Positions 17,352-25,611 of a stretch of 64,000 nt of DNA are shown here, one piece after another (positions within the stretch are counted from its first letter, which is position 1; every line of letters starts with the position of its first letter). Origin of the DNA: an uncultured Actinomycetota bacterium (GTDB taxonomy: Bacteria; Actinomycetota; Actinomycetes; JAHEKZ01); assembly GCA_963718235.1 (NCBI GenBank), contig CAVQYR010000001.1, forward strand, positions 608,001 through 672,000, read 5' to 3'. A program made the translations under genes and the position numbers. The notes beneath the pieces were generated by a model. It saw only the letters and a list, made by a program, of their open reading frames with translations, was not told the DNA's origin and did not search any database.

Positions 17352-19198
17352 GTCGGGAAGCCCAGCTGCTCGACGAACAGGTCGTTGAAGTCCGAGCGGT
17401 CGGACAGCTCGAGGTACTCGATCTCGTCGAGCAGGGTCTGGGCGCCATGGCGCTCCTGGGCCGAGAGCAGCACCATCTTCGCCCCCTCACCAGCGACATT
17501 ACCGGCGCTGACGATGCGCAGCACCGGAAGGTTCGGCACCAGCCCGATCCGCACAGCACTGGACGGCGACAGGTACGTGCCGAACGACCCGGCGAGCAGG
17601 ACCTGCTGGATCTCGCCCTCGCCGACTCCGAACTCCTCCAGCAGCAGGCGCCAGCCCGTGGAGATCGCCGCCTTGGCGAACTGCAGCTCGCGCACGTCGC
17701 GCTGGGACAGGTAGACCGGGTCTCCCTCGACCGGCGAGGCGAGCTCGAAGACCCGCTCCTTGTCGATGGTCACCAGCCGGTCGGCCAGGGCAGGGGCGAC
17801 CTGGCGCGCCACGTCGTCGGTGACGAACCGACCGGAGGAGTCGAGCAGTCCGACCCGCACGAGCTCGCTCACGGCGTCGACCAGCCCTGACCCGCACAGC
17901 CCCACGGGCTCGACGTCACCGATGACCTGCAGCTCGAGGCCCTGGTCGGTGGCCCTGACCACCTCGATCGCCCCGGGTGCGGCCCGCATGCCGCTGCGGA
18001 TCGAGGCCGCCTCGAAGGCCGGGCCGGCCGGTGCCGCCGTGGCGAGCAACCGTTCGCCGTCACCGAGCACGAGCTCGCAGTTGGTCCCGATGTCGATGAA
18101 CAGCCGCAGCCGCTTGTCTCGGTCCATCCCCGTGGCCAGGACGCCGGAGATGATGTCGCCACCGACGTAGGCCCCCAGCGAGGGGAAGACCGACGCGCGG
18201 GCCCTGGGGTGGATCGACACCCCGAGGTCGTGGGCGGTGAGCCCCTGGTACCCGCTCGTGGCCAGGATGAACGGCGCGACCCCCAGGGGCTCCGGGTCGA
18301 TACCGAGGACGAGCTGCACCATGGTCGCGTTGCCGGCCAGAGCCACCTCGTACACCTCGGAGGGGTCGACACCGGCCTCTGCGCATGCCTCGTGCGCGAG
18401 CTCGTTGAGGGTCTGCTGGGCCAGGAACTGCAGCCGGCCCAGAGCCTCCGGGTCGAGCATGGTGGAGCTGATCCGGGTGATCACGTCGGCCCCGAACGGC
18501 TGCTGGCGGTTCAGCATCGAGTGGACGGCGGCCGGGGTCCCGGTCTTCACGTCCATCAGGTTGGCCACCACCGTCGTGGTTCCCAGGTCGAACGCCAGCG
18601 CGTACGCCCGCGCAGCCGTGTCCCCGGCCTCGACGCCGATGAGCTCGTCGTCGACGACGATCGCGGTCACCTTGTAGTCGGCGGCTCGGAGCACCCGCCC
18701 GAGCTCTCGGTGTACGGCGGGATCGACCCGCAGCTCGAGGTCGTCGATGGCGTCGAGCAGCCGGGCGAGGTCGCTGCGCTGGTCGGACAGCGTCGGCTCG
18801 TCGAGCTCGACGAACCGCTTCTGCAGCGCCGGCCGCAAGATGACCTGGCGCCCCACGCCCACCGTGGCCGCCTTGGGTCGGGTGGTCAGCGGGGGGACCT
18901 CGATCGACAGGTCGGTGTTGGCGGCTGCCATGCAGGCAAGACGCCAGCCGTCGTCGAGCTGGTCGGTGTCGAAGGCGCGGAGGTCCAGGCGCTGCACGGG
19001 GACGTCGCCGGACAGCACGCGCACCTTGCACTTCTTGCACGTGCCGTGGCCACCGCAGGTCGAGTCGATGGCGATGCCGTTCCAGCTGGCGGCGTCGAAC
19101 ACGGTGACGCCGGCCGGGACGCGCACCTCCTTGTCCGACGGTGTGAAGCTGAGTCGTACGCGGGCAGGACCGTGGTCCTCGACCGGCTCGACGGACAC
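17348..19198 (-). CDS. ATP-dependent reductive activator of corrinoid protein (RACo/RamA-like; 2Fe-2S plus ASKHA, DUF4445)
   Basis: 'CGGHGTCKKC...RLAC' 2Fe-2S domain, 'DLGTTT', 'FGADVITRI', 'DIGTNCE', 'AGPAFE' and 'GLCGSG'. Confidence 0.94.
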   Translation of the reverse strand: MSVEPVEDHGPARVRLSFTPSDKEVRVPAGVTVFDAASWNGIAIDSTCGGHGTCKKCKVRVLSGDVPVQRLDLRAFDTDQLDDGWRLACMAAANTDLSIEVPPLTTRPKAATVGVGRQVILRPALQKRFVELDEPTLSDQRSDLARLLDAIDDLELRVDPAVHRELGRVLRAADYKVTAIVVDDELIGVEAGDTAARAYALAFDLGTTTVVANLMDVKTGTPAAVHSMLNRQQPFGADVITRISSTMLDPEALGRLQFLAQQTLNELAHEACAEAGVDPSEVYEVALAGNATMVQLVLGIDPEPLGVAPFILATSGYQGLTAHDLGVSIHPRARASVFPSLGAYVGGDIISGVLATGMDRDKRLRLFIDIGTNCELVLGDGERLLATAAPAGPAFEAASIRSGMRAAPGAIEVVRATDQGLELQVIGDVEPVGLCGSGLVDAVSELVRVGLLDSSGRFVTDDVARQVAPALADRLVTIDKERVFELASPVEGDPVYLSQRDVRELQFAKAAISTGWRLLLEEFGVGEGEIQQVLLAGSFGTYLSPSSAVRIGLVPNLPVLRIVSAGNVAGEGAKMVLLSAQERHGAQTLLDEIEYLELSDRSDFNDLFVEQLGFPT

Positions 19199-19200
19199 CG

Positions 19201-20070
19201 CTACCCGGCCGCGGCTTCTGCGGCCTGCCGGGCTCGGAACCGCTGGATCCAGCTCGCACCCCACTCGTCGTTGCCGAGCATCAGGTCGGCCGCCTTGACG
19301 GCGTCGACGACCTCGGGCGTGCGCGCGTCCATGATGGCGCTGGTCAGACCGGACTTCATGGCCATGGGCAGGAACGCGGCGTTGAGGGTGTGCCGTCCTG
19401 GCATACCGAAGGACACGTTGGACGCGCCGAGGGTCATGTTGACCCCCAGCCCGTCGCGGATCAGCGAGATGGCCTCGAAGGTGCGGGCGGCGTGCAGGGA
19501 GTCGGCACCCACCGGCATCGCCAAGGGGTCGATGACGATGTCCTCGACCGGGATCCCGTACTTGGTCGTGGCCACCTCGACGATCTTGCGGGCCAGCTCG
19601 AAGCGGCGCTGCGGGTCCTCGGGGATCTCGGTCTCGTCGTTGGGCAGGGCGATGATCGCGGCGCCGTACTTCTTGACCAGCGGGAGGATGACCTCCATCC
19701 GGTCGTCCTCGGCGGTCACCGAGTTCACGAGCGCCTTGCCCTCGTAGGCGGCCAGCCCGGCGTCGAGCGCCTCGACGACCGAGGAGTCGATGCAGATCGG
19801 CAGGTCGGTGAGGCTCTGCACGAGCGTGACCGCCTTGGCCAGCAGCTCGGCCTCGTCGGTCAGGGGCACCCCCATGTTGACGTCGAGGACCATGGCGCCG
19901 CCGTCGACCTGCGCGGCGACGTCCTTCTCGATCGCCGAGAGGTCGCCGGCCCGAAGCTGCTCCTGGAACACCTTGCGTCCGGTGGGATTGATCCGCTCAC
20001 CGATGATGCAGAAGGGTTGGTCGTGACCGATCACGACCTGCTTAGCCGGCGAGCTGAGAACCGTGTGCAT
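19201..20070 (-). CDS. Methyl-corrinoid:tetrahydrofolate methyltransferase (pterin-binding; MtgA/AcsE/MetH-Fol domain-like)
   Basis: 'IIGERINPTGRK', 'LDVNMG', 'CIDSS', 'LVNSV', 'IDPL' and 'GASNVSFGMP'. Confidence 0.92.
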   Translation of the reverse strand: MHTVLSSPAKQVVIGHDQPFCIIGERINPTGRKVFQEQLRAGDLSAIEKDVAAQVDGGAMVLDVNMGVPLTDEAELLAKAVTLVQSLTDLPICIDSSVVEALDAGLAAYEGKALVNSVTAEDDRMEVILPLVKKYGAAIIALPNDETEIPEDPQRRFELARKIVEVATTKYGIPVEDIVIDPLAMPVGADSLHAARTFEAISLIRDGLGVNMTLGASNVSFGMPGRHTLNAAFLPMAMKSGLTSAIMDARTPEVVDAVKAADLMLGNDEWGASWIQRFRARQAAEAAAG

Positions 20071-20995
20071 GGTGCTCCTGTTCCGATGCTGGGTGCGTGG
20101 CTTGGAAGACTCCGAGCTCGTCGACGAGCCGGGCCAGGCTGCCGTCGTGGCGGAAGTCGGCGAAGTGGACGCCGGCTACCCCGGTCAGCGACAGCGCGTG
20201 GCGCGCCTGCTCGAGGGCCATCTCGTACGAGGCCTCCGCGGGGTCGGCGGCGTCCCGAATGCGCTGGATCGTGGCGGCGGGCACGCTGATCCCCGGCACG
20301 TGCTCGTCCATGAACGCCAGGGCCCTGGCCGACCTGGTCAGGCAGATGGTGGGCAGCAGTGCCGTCCGCGAGGTGGTGCCGGCCTCGACGCAGCCGGCCA
20401 CGAACCGCTCGAGCCGGTCGGCGTGGTAGCCGATCTGCAGCTGCAGGAACCGGGCGCCGTTGGCCGACTTCTTGGCGGCCCGCTCGATCCGGTGCGCCAG
20501 GGGAGGTGCGTACGGGTTCTCCACGGCCCCGACGAACAGAGCTGGTGCGGGGTCGATCGCGCGCCCGGAGAGGTAGCGCCCCTCGCCGATCCCGGTCGCG
20601 ACCCGGATCAGCTGCGGTCCGTCGAGGTCGAACACCCGTCGCGCCTCCGGCTCGTCACCGGCGGTCACGTCGTCGCCGGTGAGCGCGCAGATGTTCTCGA
20701 CGCCGAACAGCGCCGCACCCACGATGTCGGCCTGGATCGCCAGACGGTTCTTGTCACGGCATACCACCTGCATGATCGGCTCGGCGCCGAGCTGCTTCAT
20801 GGCGATGGCGATCGACACGTTGGAAGCATGGGCGTGCGCCGCGGGGTTGTCGGTGGCGTTGATGGCATCGACGTGCGGTGCGATCATCTCGAGCTTGCGC
20901 CGCACCTCGTCCAGGCCACCGGAGTTGGTCGGTGGCAGCTCGGCGGTGACGACGGGCCGCTGGCCCGCCTCGAGCAGGTCCTGGAGTCGTGACAC
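20042..20995 (-). CDS. metF: Methylenetetrahydrofolate reductase, MetF-type subunit
   Basis: 'TAELPP', 'DAINATDN', 'EPIMQVVCRDKNRLAIQ', 'LTGD', 'VFDLD' and 'GARFLQLQ'. Confidence 0.9.
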   Translation of the reverse strand: MSRLQDLLEAGQRPVVTAELPPTNSGGLDEVRRKLEMIAPHVDAINATDNPAAHAHASNVSIAIAMKQLGAEPIMQVVCRDKNRLAIQADIVGAALFGVENICALTGDDVTAGDEPEARRVFDLDGPQLIRVATGIGEGRYLSGRAIDPAPALFVGAVENPYAPPLAHRIERAAKKSANGARFLQLQIGYHADRLERFVAGCVEAGTTSRTALLPTICLTRSARALAFMDEHVPGISVPAATIQRIRDAADPAEASYEMALEQARHALSLTGVAGVHFADFRHDGSLARLVDELGVFQATHPASEQEHHAHGSQLAG

Positions 20996-20996
20996 G

Positions 20997-21455
20997 TCAG
21001 TGGTCCTCGGCGTGGAAGGGAGTGCGGAAAGGGCCCTCGAACTCGACCAGCGACAGCTCCGGCTCGTCGAAGGGCTCGGCAGGCAGAGCATGCCCTTGCC
21101 ACCCGAGGGGCGTCTCGTGGTCTCGCCGGGTGACCAGGTTGAGCCACGACGACGTGTTCTCCAGCTGGTTGTCCACCGGTGGTCGGGTGTCATGGATCTC
21201 GTCGCGCCAGTGCTTCGGCAGCAGCGGCAGGGTCCGACTGCGGTCCTCCGCCGCGACCCACACGCAGCGCATCTCCGGCTTGACCTCGCACCGGCCGTCC
21301 TCGCGCACCCCCCCGCACGGGCCGTTGCGCAGCGTCTTGGGACACGTCATCGGACACGTCATGCCCGTGGAGTGCAGGACGCACTGACCGCACGTTCGGC
21401 AGTCCCACACGGGTTTCTTGATCGCGTCCTCGAGGCGCGTGAGCAGGTCGGTCAC
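20997..21455 (-). CDS. metV: MetV-like Cys-rich subunit (MTHFR C-terminal/Zn-finger domain)
   Basis: 'CRTCGQCVLHSTGMTCPMTCPKTLRNGPCGG...CEV...CVW', directly upstream of metF. Confidence 0.88.
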   Translation of the reverse strand: MTDLLTRLEDAIKKPVWDCRTCGQCVLHSTGMTCPMTCPKTLRNGPCGGVREDGRCEVKPEMRCVWVAAEDRSRTLPLLPKHWRDEIHDTRPPVDNQLENTSSWLNLVTRRDHETPLGWQGHALPAEPFDEPELSLVEFEGPFRTPFHAEDH

Positions 21456-21464
21456 CAGTATCTC

Positions 21465-22130
21465 TCAGGCGTTGGCGAGGGCGCGCTTGCGCTGCAGGAG
21501 GTCCTTGGCCCGCCGGACGGCGGTCGAGGCGTCGGCGGCGTACCCGTCGGCTCCGACGGCGTCGGCGTACTCCTGGGTCACCGGTGCCCCGCCGACCATG
21601 ACGATCACCTGGTCGCGCAGACCGGCCTTCTCGAGTGCGTTGATGTTCGCCTTGAACATCGGCATGGTGGTGGTGAGGAACGCTGAGAAGCCGACGATGT
21701 CGGGCTGGTGCTCGTTGATCGCCTCGACGAACTTCTCCGGTGGCACCTGGACGCCGAGGTCGATCACCTCGAACCCGGCCCCCTCGAGCATGATGTTGAC
21801 CAGGTTCTTGCCGATGTCGTGCACGTCGCCCTTGACCGTCCCCATCAGGAACTTGCCGACGGTCTCGGCGCCGGTAGCCGCCAGGAGCGGGCGCAGCACC
21901 TCGAGGGCGCCGGCCATGGCCCGACCGGCGATCAGCATCTCCGGGACGAAGAAGTCGCCGCGCTCGAACCGCGCACCGACCTCCTCCAGCGACGGGATGA
22001 GCGCCTCGAACAGCAGGGTCTCGGGGTTCATGCCGTCGGCGATGCCCTGGTTGGTCAGCTCGAGGACGGTGGGGGCGTTGCCCACCAGCGTCTCGTCGTA
22101 CAGGCCCTTGAGAATCTCGTCGGGAGTCAT
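21465..22130 (-). CDS. Stand-alone corrinoid (B12-binding) protein, MtgC/MttC-like
   Basis: Cap domain 'FFVPEML' plus 'GTVKGDVHDIGKNLV' (DxHxxG), 'SAFLTTTM' and 'VGGAP'. Confidence 0.96.
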   Translation of the reverse strand: MTPDEILKGLYDETLVGNAPTVLELTNQGIADGMNPETLLFEALIPSLEEVGARFERGDFFVPEMLIAGRAMAGALEVLRPLLAATGAETVGKFLMGTVKGDVHDIGKNLVNIMLEGAGFEVIDLGVQVPPEKFVEAINEHQPDIVGFSAFLTTTMPMFKANINALEKAGLRDQVIVMVGGAPVTQEYADAVGADGYAADASTAVRRAKDLLQRKRALANA

Positions 22131-22903
22131 GCGGCACCCACCCTTCGCGAACGCGGTTGATCAGGGGTTCCGAGTGCGCGGGACACCGCGCGCGCCTCGT
22201 CGACCAGGAGTCGGCCGACCCCTGGAATCCGGTCGCCGGTGAGGCGCACGGAAGGTCCGGTCACCGAGATCGCCGCGACGACGGTGCCGTCGGGGCCGGT
22301 GATGGGAGAGGCCACGGCCACCAGGCCGGGCTCGAGCTCGGAGTCTGCGACGGCGTACCCCACCCGACGCACCTTGGCCAGCTCGACGTCGAGCTGCTCG
22401 CGCGAGGTGAGGGTGCGCTCAGTACGCCGCTCGAGGCGGCCCTTGGGGACGGCGACGACGCCGTGGGCCAGGAACACCTTGCCCAGGGCCGAGCAGTGGA
22501 ACGGTACGGAGCGGCCGATCCAGTTGACTGCGCCGAGCAGGTACCGGGAGTCGACCTGGGCGATCTGTTCGACCGCGCCGGGACCGGGGACGGCCAGGTT
22601 GACCGTCTCACCGGTCACCTCACCGAGGCGGTCGAGGTGGGGCTGGGCCACCCGCAGCAGCGCGTTGGCCCGACCCGACCCGGCGAACCGGGTGAGCACT
22701 GGCCCGGGCCGCACCGCGGAATCGGGCCCGCGGCGGACCAGGCCGTGCCGCTCCAGGCTGGTGAGCAGGCGCGAGGCCGTGCTCTTGGGCAGCTCGGTGG
22801 CCGCGGCCAGCTCGGCGAACGGGACCGGGCGGGGCGACTCGAGTACGGCGATGAGCAGTGAGCTCGCTCGGTCGACGGCTTGGGTGCCGGAGGGCGCGCC
22901 CAT
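22127..22903 (-). CDS. IclR family regulator
   Basis: 'QAVDRA...LPKSTASRLL' HTH, 'GETVNL' and 'HCSALGKVFLA'. ATGA overlap with the corrinoid protein gene. Confidence 0.94.
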   Translation of the reverse strand: MGAPSGTQAVDRASSLLIAVLESPRPVPFAELAAATELPKSTASRLLTSLERHGLVRRGPDSAVRPGPVLTRFAGSGRANALLRVAQPHLDRLGEVTGETVNLAVPGPGAVEQIAQVDSRYLLGAVNWIGRSVPFHCSALGKVFLAHGVVAVPKGRLERRTERTLTSREQLDVELAKVRRVGYAVADSELEPGLVAVASPITGPDGTVVAAISVTGPSVRLTGDRIPGVGRLLVDEARAVSRALGTPDQPRSRRVGAA

Positions 22904-22971
22904 GGCGGTCAGTCCTTCCGGTCGTGGGTTGGAGCCAGGAGGGTGGAGCCAGCGTTGGCAGGGACGAGCAC

Positions 22972-22998
22972 GTTCTATCATATGGAACCCCCGTTCCA
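22972..22998. promoter_or_regulatory. Putative IclR operator in the iclR/mttB divergent region
   Basis: GTTCTAT-CAT-ATGGAAC near-palindrome overlapping TGGAAC-CCCC-GTTCCA. Confidence 0.6.
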
Positions 22999-23067
22999 CG
23001 GGGCGATAGTAGGATTCGTCGTCCGGGCGGGTCAAGGCCGCGCCTTCGTCGGATTCGTGGAGGGTCG

Positions 23068-24507
23068 ATGTTCGTCAACCGCATGCCGCGCTACGAGATC
23101 CTGTCGGCAGACTCGATGGCCACGCTCGACCGGGGATGGCGGCGGATCGTCTCCGAGATCGGCGTGGAGTTCATGAAGCCGGAGGCGCTCGACCTCTTCC
23201 GCCAGGCGGGGCAGAAGGTGGAGGAGAACAACGTCTTCTTCGACCCCGACTTCCTGCTCGAGCAGGCGGCCAAGGCCCCCCGCGAGTTCGACATCCAGGC
23301 CCGCAACCATGCCAACGACGTGCACATCGGCGGAGACCACATGGTCTTCTCCAGCGTCTACGGACCGCCCTTCGTCCGGCGGGGCGACGTCCGGCGGGAG
23401 GGCACGCTGGAGGACTACCGCAACTTCGCCAAGCTGGCCCAGTCCTTCGACGTCCTCGACAGCGTCGGCGGGGTGGTCGCCGAGCCCAACGACGCACCGC
23501 TGGACTCCCGGCACCTCGACATGCTCTACGCCACCATGACGCTCACCGACAAGATGTACATGGGCAACGTGGTCAGCGGGGGCAACGCACGCGACACGAT
23601 CGCGATGAGCGAGATCCTCTTCGGTGGGCGTGAGTCGATCGAGCAGACACCGGCCTGCATCTCGCTCATCAACTGCAACTCACCCCTTCGCTGGGACGAC
23701 CGCATGCTCGACGCCCAGTTCGAGTACTCCGCGGCCAACCAGCCGGTGGTGCTGACCCCCTTCCTGCTCATGGGGGCCATGTCGCCGGTCACGATCCCCT
23801 CCGCGCTGGTCCAGCAGATCGCCGAGGCACTGACCGGGATCGCTCTGAGCCAGCTGATCCGCCCCGGGGCCCCGGTGGTGTTCGGCTCGTTCCTGTCCAA
23901 CATCGACATGCAGTCGGGCTCTCCCCAGTTCGGCACGCCCGAGTCGGCCATGGGCCTGCTGTGTACAGGCCAGATCGCGCGTCACTTCGGGCTGCCCTTC
24001 CGTGGCGGTGGCGGGCTCAACTCCTCCCAGGTGCCCGACGCCCAGGCCGCCTACGAGTCGCTCATGACGATGCTGCCGACCTTCCTGGCCGGCACGAACT
24101 TCGTCATGCACTCCGCGGGCTGGCTGGAGGGTGGTCTGGTCTCGTGTTTCGAGAAGTACGTCATCGACGTGCAGGTGCTCGAGATGCTGCAGAAGGAGTT
24201 CACACCACTCGAGATCACCGACGAGGACCTCGCCTTCGACGCCCACCAGGAGGTCGGCCACGGCGGTCACTTCCTCGGTGCGATGCACACCATGGAGCGG
24301 TTCCGAACGTGCTTCTACCGGCCGTTCCTGTCGTCGTCGGACAACTTCGAGCGGTGGACCCGCAACGGGTCCAAGGACACCGCGACCCGGGCCGGTGAGA
24401 TCGTCGACACCAAGCTCGAGGCCTACCAGCCGCCGCCGCTGGACGACGCGGTCCGCGAGCAGCTCGAGGACTACGTCATCCGTCGCCGCACCGAGCTCGG
24501 CGACTGA
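23068..24507 (+). CDS. Non-pyrrolysine trimethylamine methyltransferase (MttB) family protein, probable glycine betaine:corrinoid methyltransferase (MtgB-like)
   Basis: 'YGPPFV', 'EPND', 'NCNSPLRWD', 'GAMSPVT', 'GTPE', 'VPDAQAAYES', 'HSAGWLEGG' and 'GHGGHFLG'. No in-frame TAG; GGAGG RBS. Confidence 0.92.
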   Translation: MFVNRMPRYEILSADSMATLDRGWRRIVSEIGVEFMKPEALDLFRQAGQKVEENNVFFDPDFLLEQAAKAPREFDIQARNHANDVHIGGDHMVFSSVYGPPFVRRGDVRREGTLEDYRNFAKLAQSFDVLDSVGGVVAEPNDAPLDSRHLDMLYATMTLTDKMYMGNVVSGGNARDTIAMSEILFGGRESIEQTPACISLINCNSPLRWDDRMLDAQFEYSAANQPVVLTPFLLMGAMSPVTIPSALVQQIAEALTGIALSQLIRPGAPVVFGSFLSNIDMQSGSPQFGTPESAMGLLCTGQIARHFGLPFRGGGGLNSSQVPDAQAAYESLMTMLPTFLAGTNFVMHSAGWLEGGLVSCFEKYVIDVQVLEMLQKEFTPLEITDEDLAFDAHQEVGHGGHFLGAMHTMERFRTCFYRPFLSSSDNFERWTRNGSKDTATRAGEIVDTKLEAYQPPPLDDAVREQLEDYVIRRRTELGD

Positions 24508-24527
24508 CCCCGATCAGAGCTGGAACG

Positions 24528-24564
24528 CGCGAACGGCGCAACCGAAGCGGTTGCGCCGTTCGCG
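24528..24564. terminator. Probable bidirectional terminator hairpin
   Basis: Perfect 17-bp stem CGCGAACGGCGCAACCG-aag-CGGTTGCGCCGTTCGCG between convergent genes. Confidence 0.8.
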
Positions 24565-24595
24565 TCGAACTGTCCGGTTGTGAGACCGGGCAGGA

Positions 24596-25573
24596 TCAGC
24601 CGCCCTGAAGCCAGGCGTCGACCTTGTCCGGGTTGTCGTCGATCCACTGCTGGGCGGCGTCCTCGGGGGACATGCCGTCCTTGGCGATCATCAACGCAAC
24701 GGCGTTCTGGTCGTCGTTGGTCCAGGTGAAGTTCTCCACCAGCTGTGCGGCCGGGCCGTTCTCCTCCATGAAATCAGCCGCAGCGATCTTGTCCAGGATG
24801 TACTCGGGGTAGTCACAGGCCACGGTCGCCGGGTCGGCGTCACAGCCCTCGGTCCACACCGGCAGGTCGACCTTCACCAGCGGCACCTCGGACAGGAACC
24901 ACTGTGGCTCGTAGAAGTACCCGAGGACCCATTCCTTGTTCTGCTCGGCAGTGCGGAACGCCTGGATCAGGGCAGCCTCGCTGCCGGCGTACACGACCTC
25001 GAAGTTGAGGTCGAGGTTCTCGATGAGCGCCTCGTCGTTGGTGACGAACGAGGGGTCGCCGTCGAGCAGCTGGCCCTTGTCGCCCGACTCGGCGGTCTTG
25101 AACTTGTCCGCGTACTTGTTCAGGTTCTCCCAGTTCGTGATGTCCGGGTACTCCTCGGCCAGCCACGGCGGCACGTACCAGCCGATGACGCCGATGTTGC
25201 CGTTCGGGCCGACGTCGACCGCAGTGCCCTGCTTGTCGATGTACTTGGCCTTCAGGTCGTCGTGGCCCCAGTTCTCGATGACGACGTCGACCTCACCGGT
25301 GCCCATTCCCTGCCAGGAGACTTCTTCCTTGAGGTCCTTGTAGTTGACCGTGCAGCCGAGCTTGGTGGCGGCCACCTCACCGACCACGTAGGCAGACGCC
25401 TCGTAGCCGACCCAGGGGTTGATCGCCATGTTGAAGTCACCGCACTCGGAGGCCGCCGTGCTGCCGCCGTCCCCACCACCGCTGATGTCATCACTCCCGC
25501 ACGCCGCCACGGCCAGACTGGCTGCGGCAGCGAGCACTGCCAGACGGGCTACCCGTCGTCTTGCTCCTCGCAC
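24596..25573 (-). CDS. Glycine betaine/choline ABC transporter substrate-binding lipoprotein (ProX/OpuAC family)
   Basis: Lipobox 'LAVAAC', 'NPWVG', 'IENWG', 'GWYVP' and 'YFYEPQW'. GAAGGAG RBS before the GTG. Confidence 0.9.
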   Translation of the reverse strand: MRGARRRVARLAVLAAAASLAVAACGSDDISGGGDGGSTAASECGDFNMAINPWVGYEASAYVVGEVAATKLGCTVNYKDLKEEVSWQGMGTGEVDVVIENWGHDDLKAKYIDKQGTAVDVGPNGNIGVIGWYVPPWLAEEYPDITNWENLNKYADKFKTAESGDKGQLLDGDPSFVTNDEALIENLDLNFEVVYAGSEAALIQAFRTAEQNKEWVLGYFYEPQWFLSEVPLVKVDLPVWTEGCDADPATVACDYPEYILDKIAAADFMEENGPAAQLVENFTWTNDDQNAVALMIAKDGMSPEDAAQQWIDDNPDKVDAWLQGG

Positions 25574-25611
25574 TGTGTCTCCTTCTGTCGGGCCGCACGT
25601 CGCGGCACTGG

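Noticed and set aside
19201-20070. Dihydropteroate synthase (folP)
   Set aside because: GERINPTG and GASNVSFG motifs plus corrinoid neighbours indicate a methyltransferase pterin-binding domain.
22904-23067. Possible cobalamin riboswitch (GGAGCCAGGAG resembles part of a B12 box)
   Set aside because: No accompanying GGGAA, CCCCCGC/ACTGT or GCCACTG elements and too little space; it is only a short GGAGCCAG direct repeat. An Infernal scan with RF00174 would settle it.
23068-24507. Pyrrolysine recoding in the MttB-family gene
   Set aside because: The frame is open with no internal TAG, and there are no pyl genes in the window.
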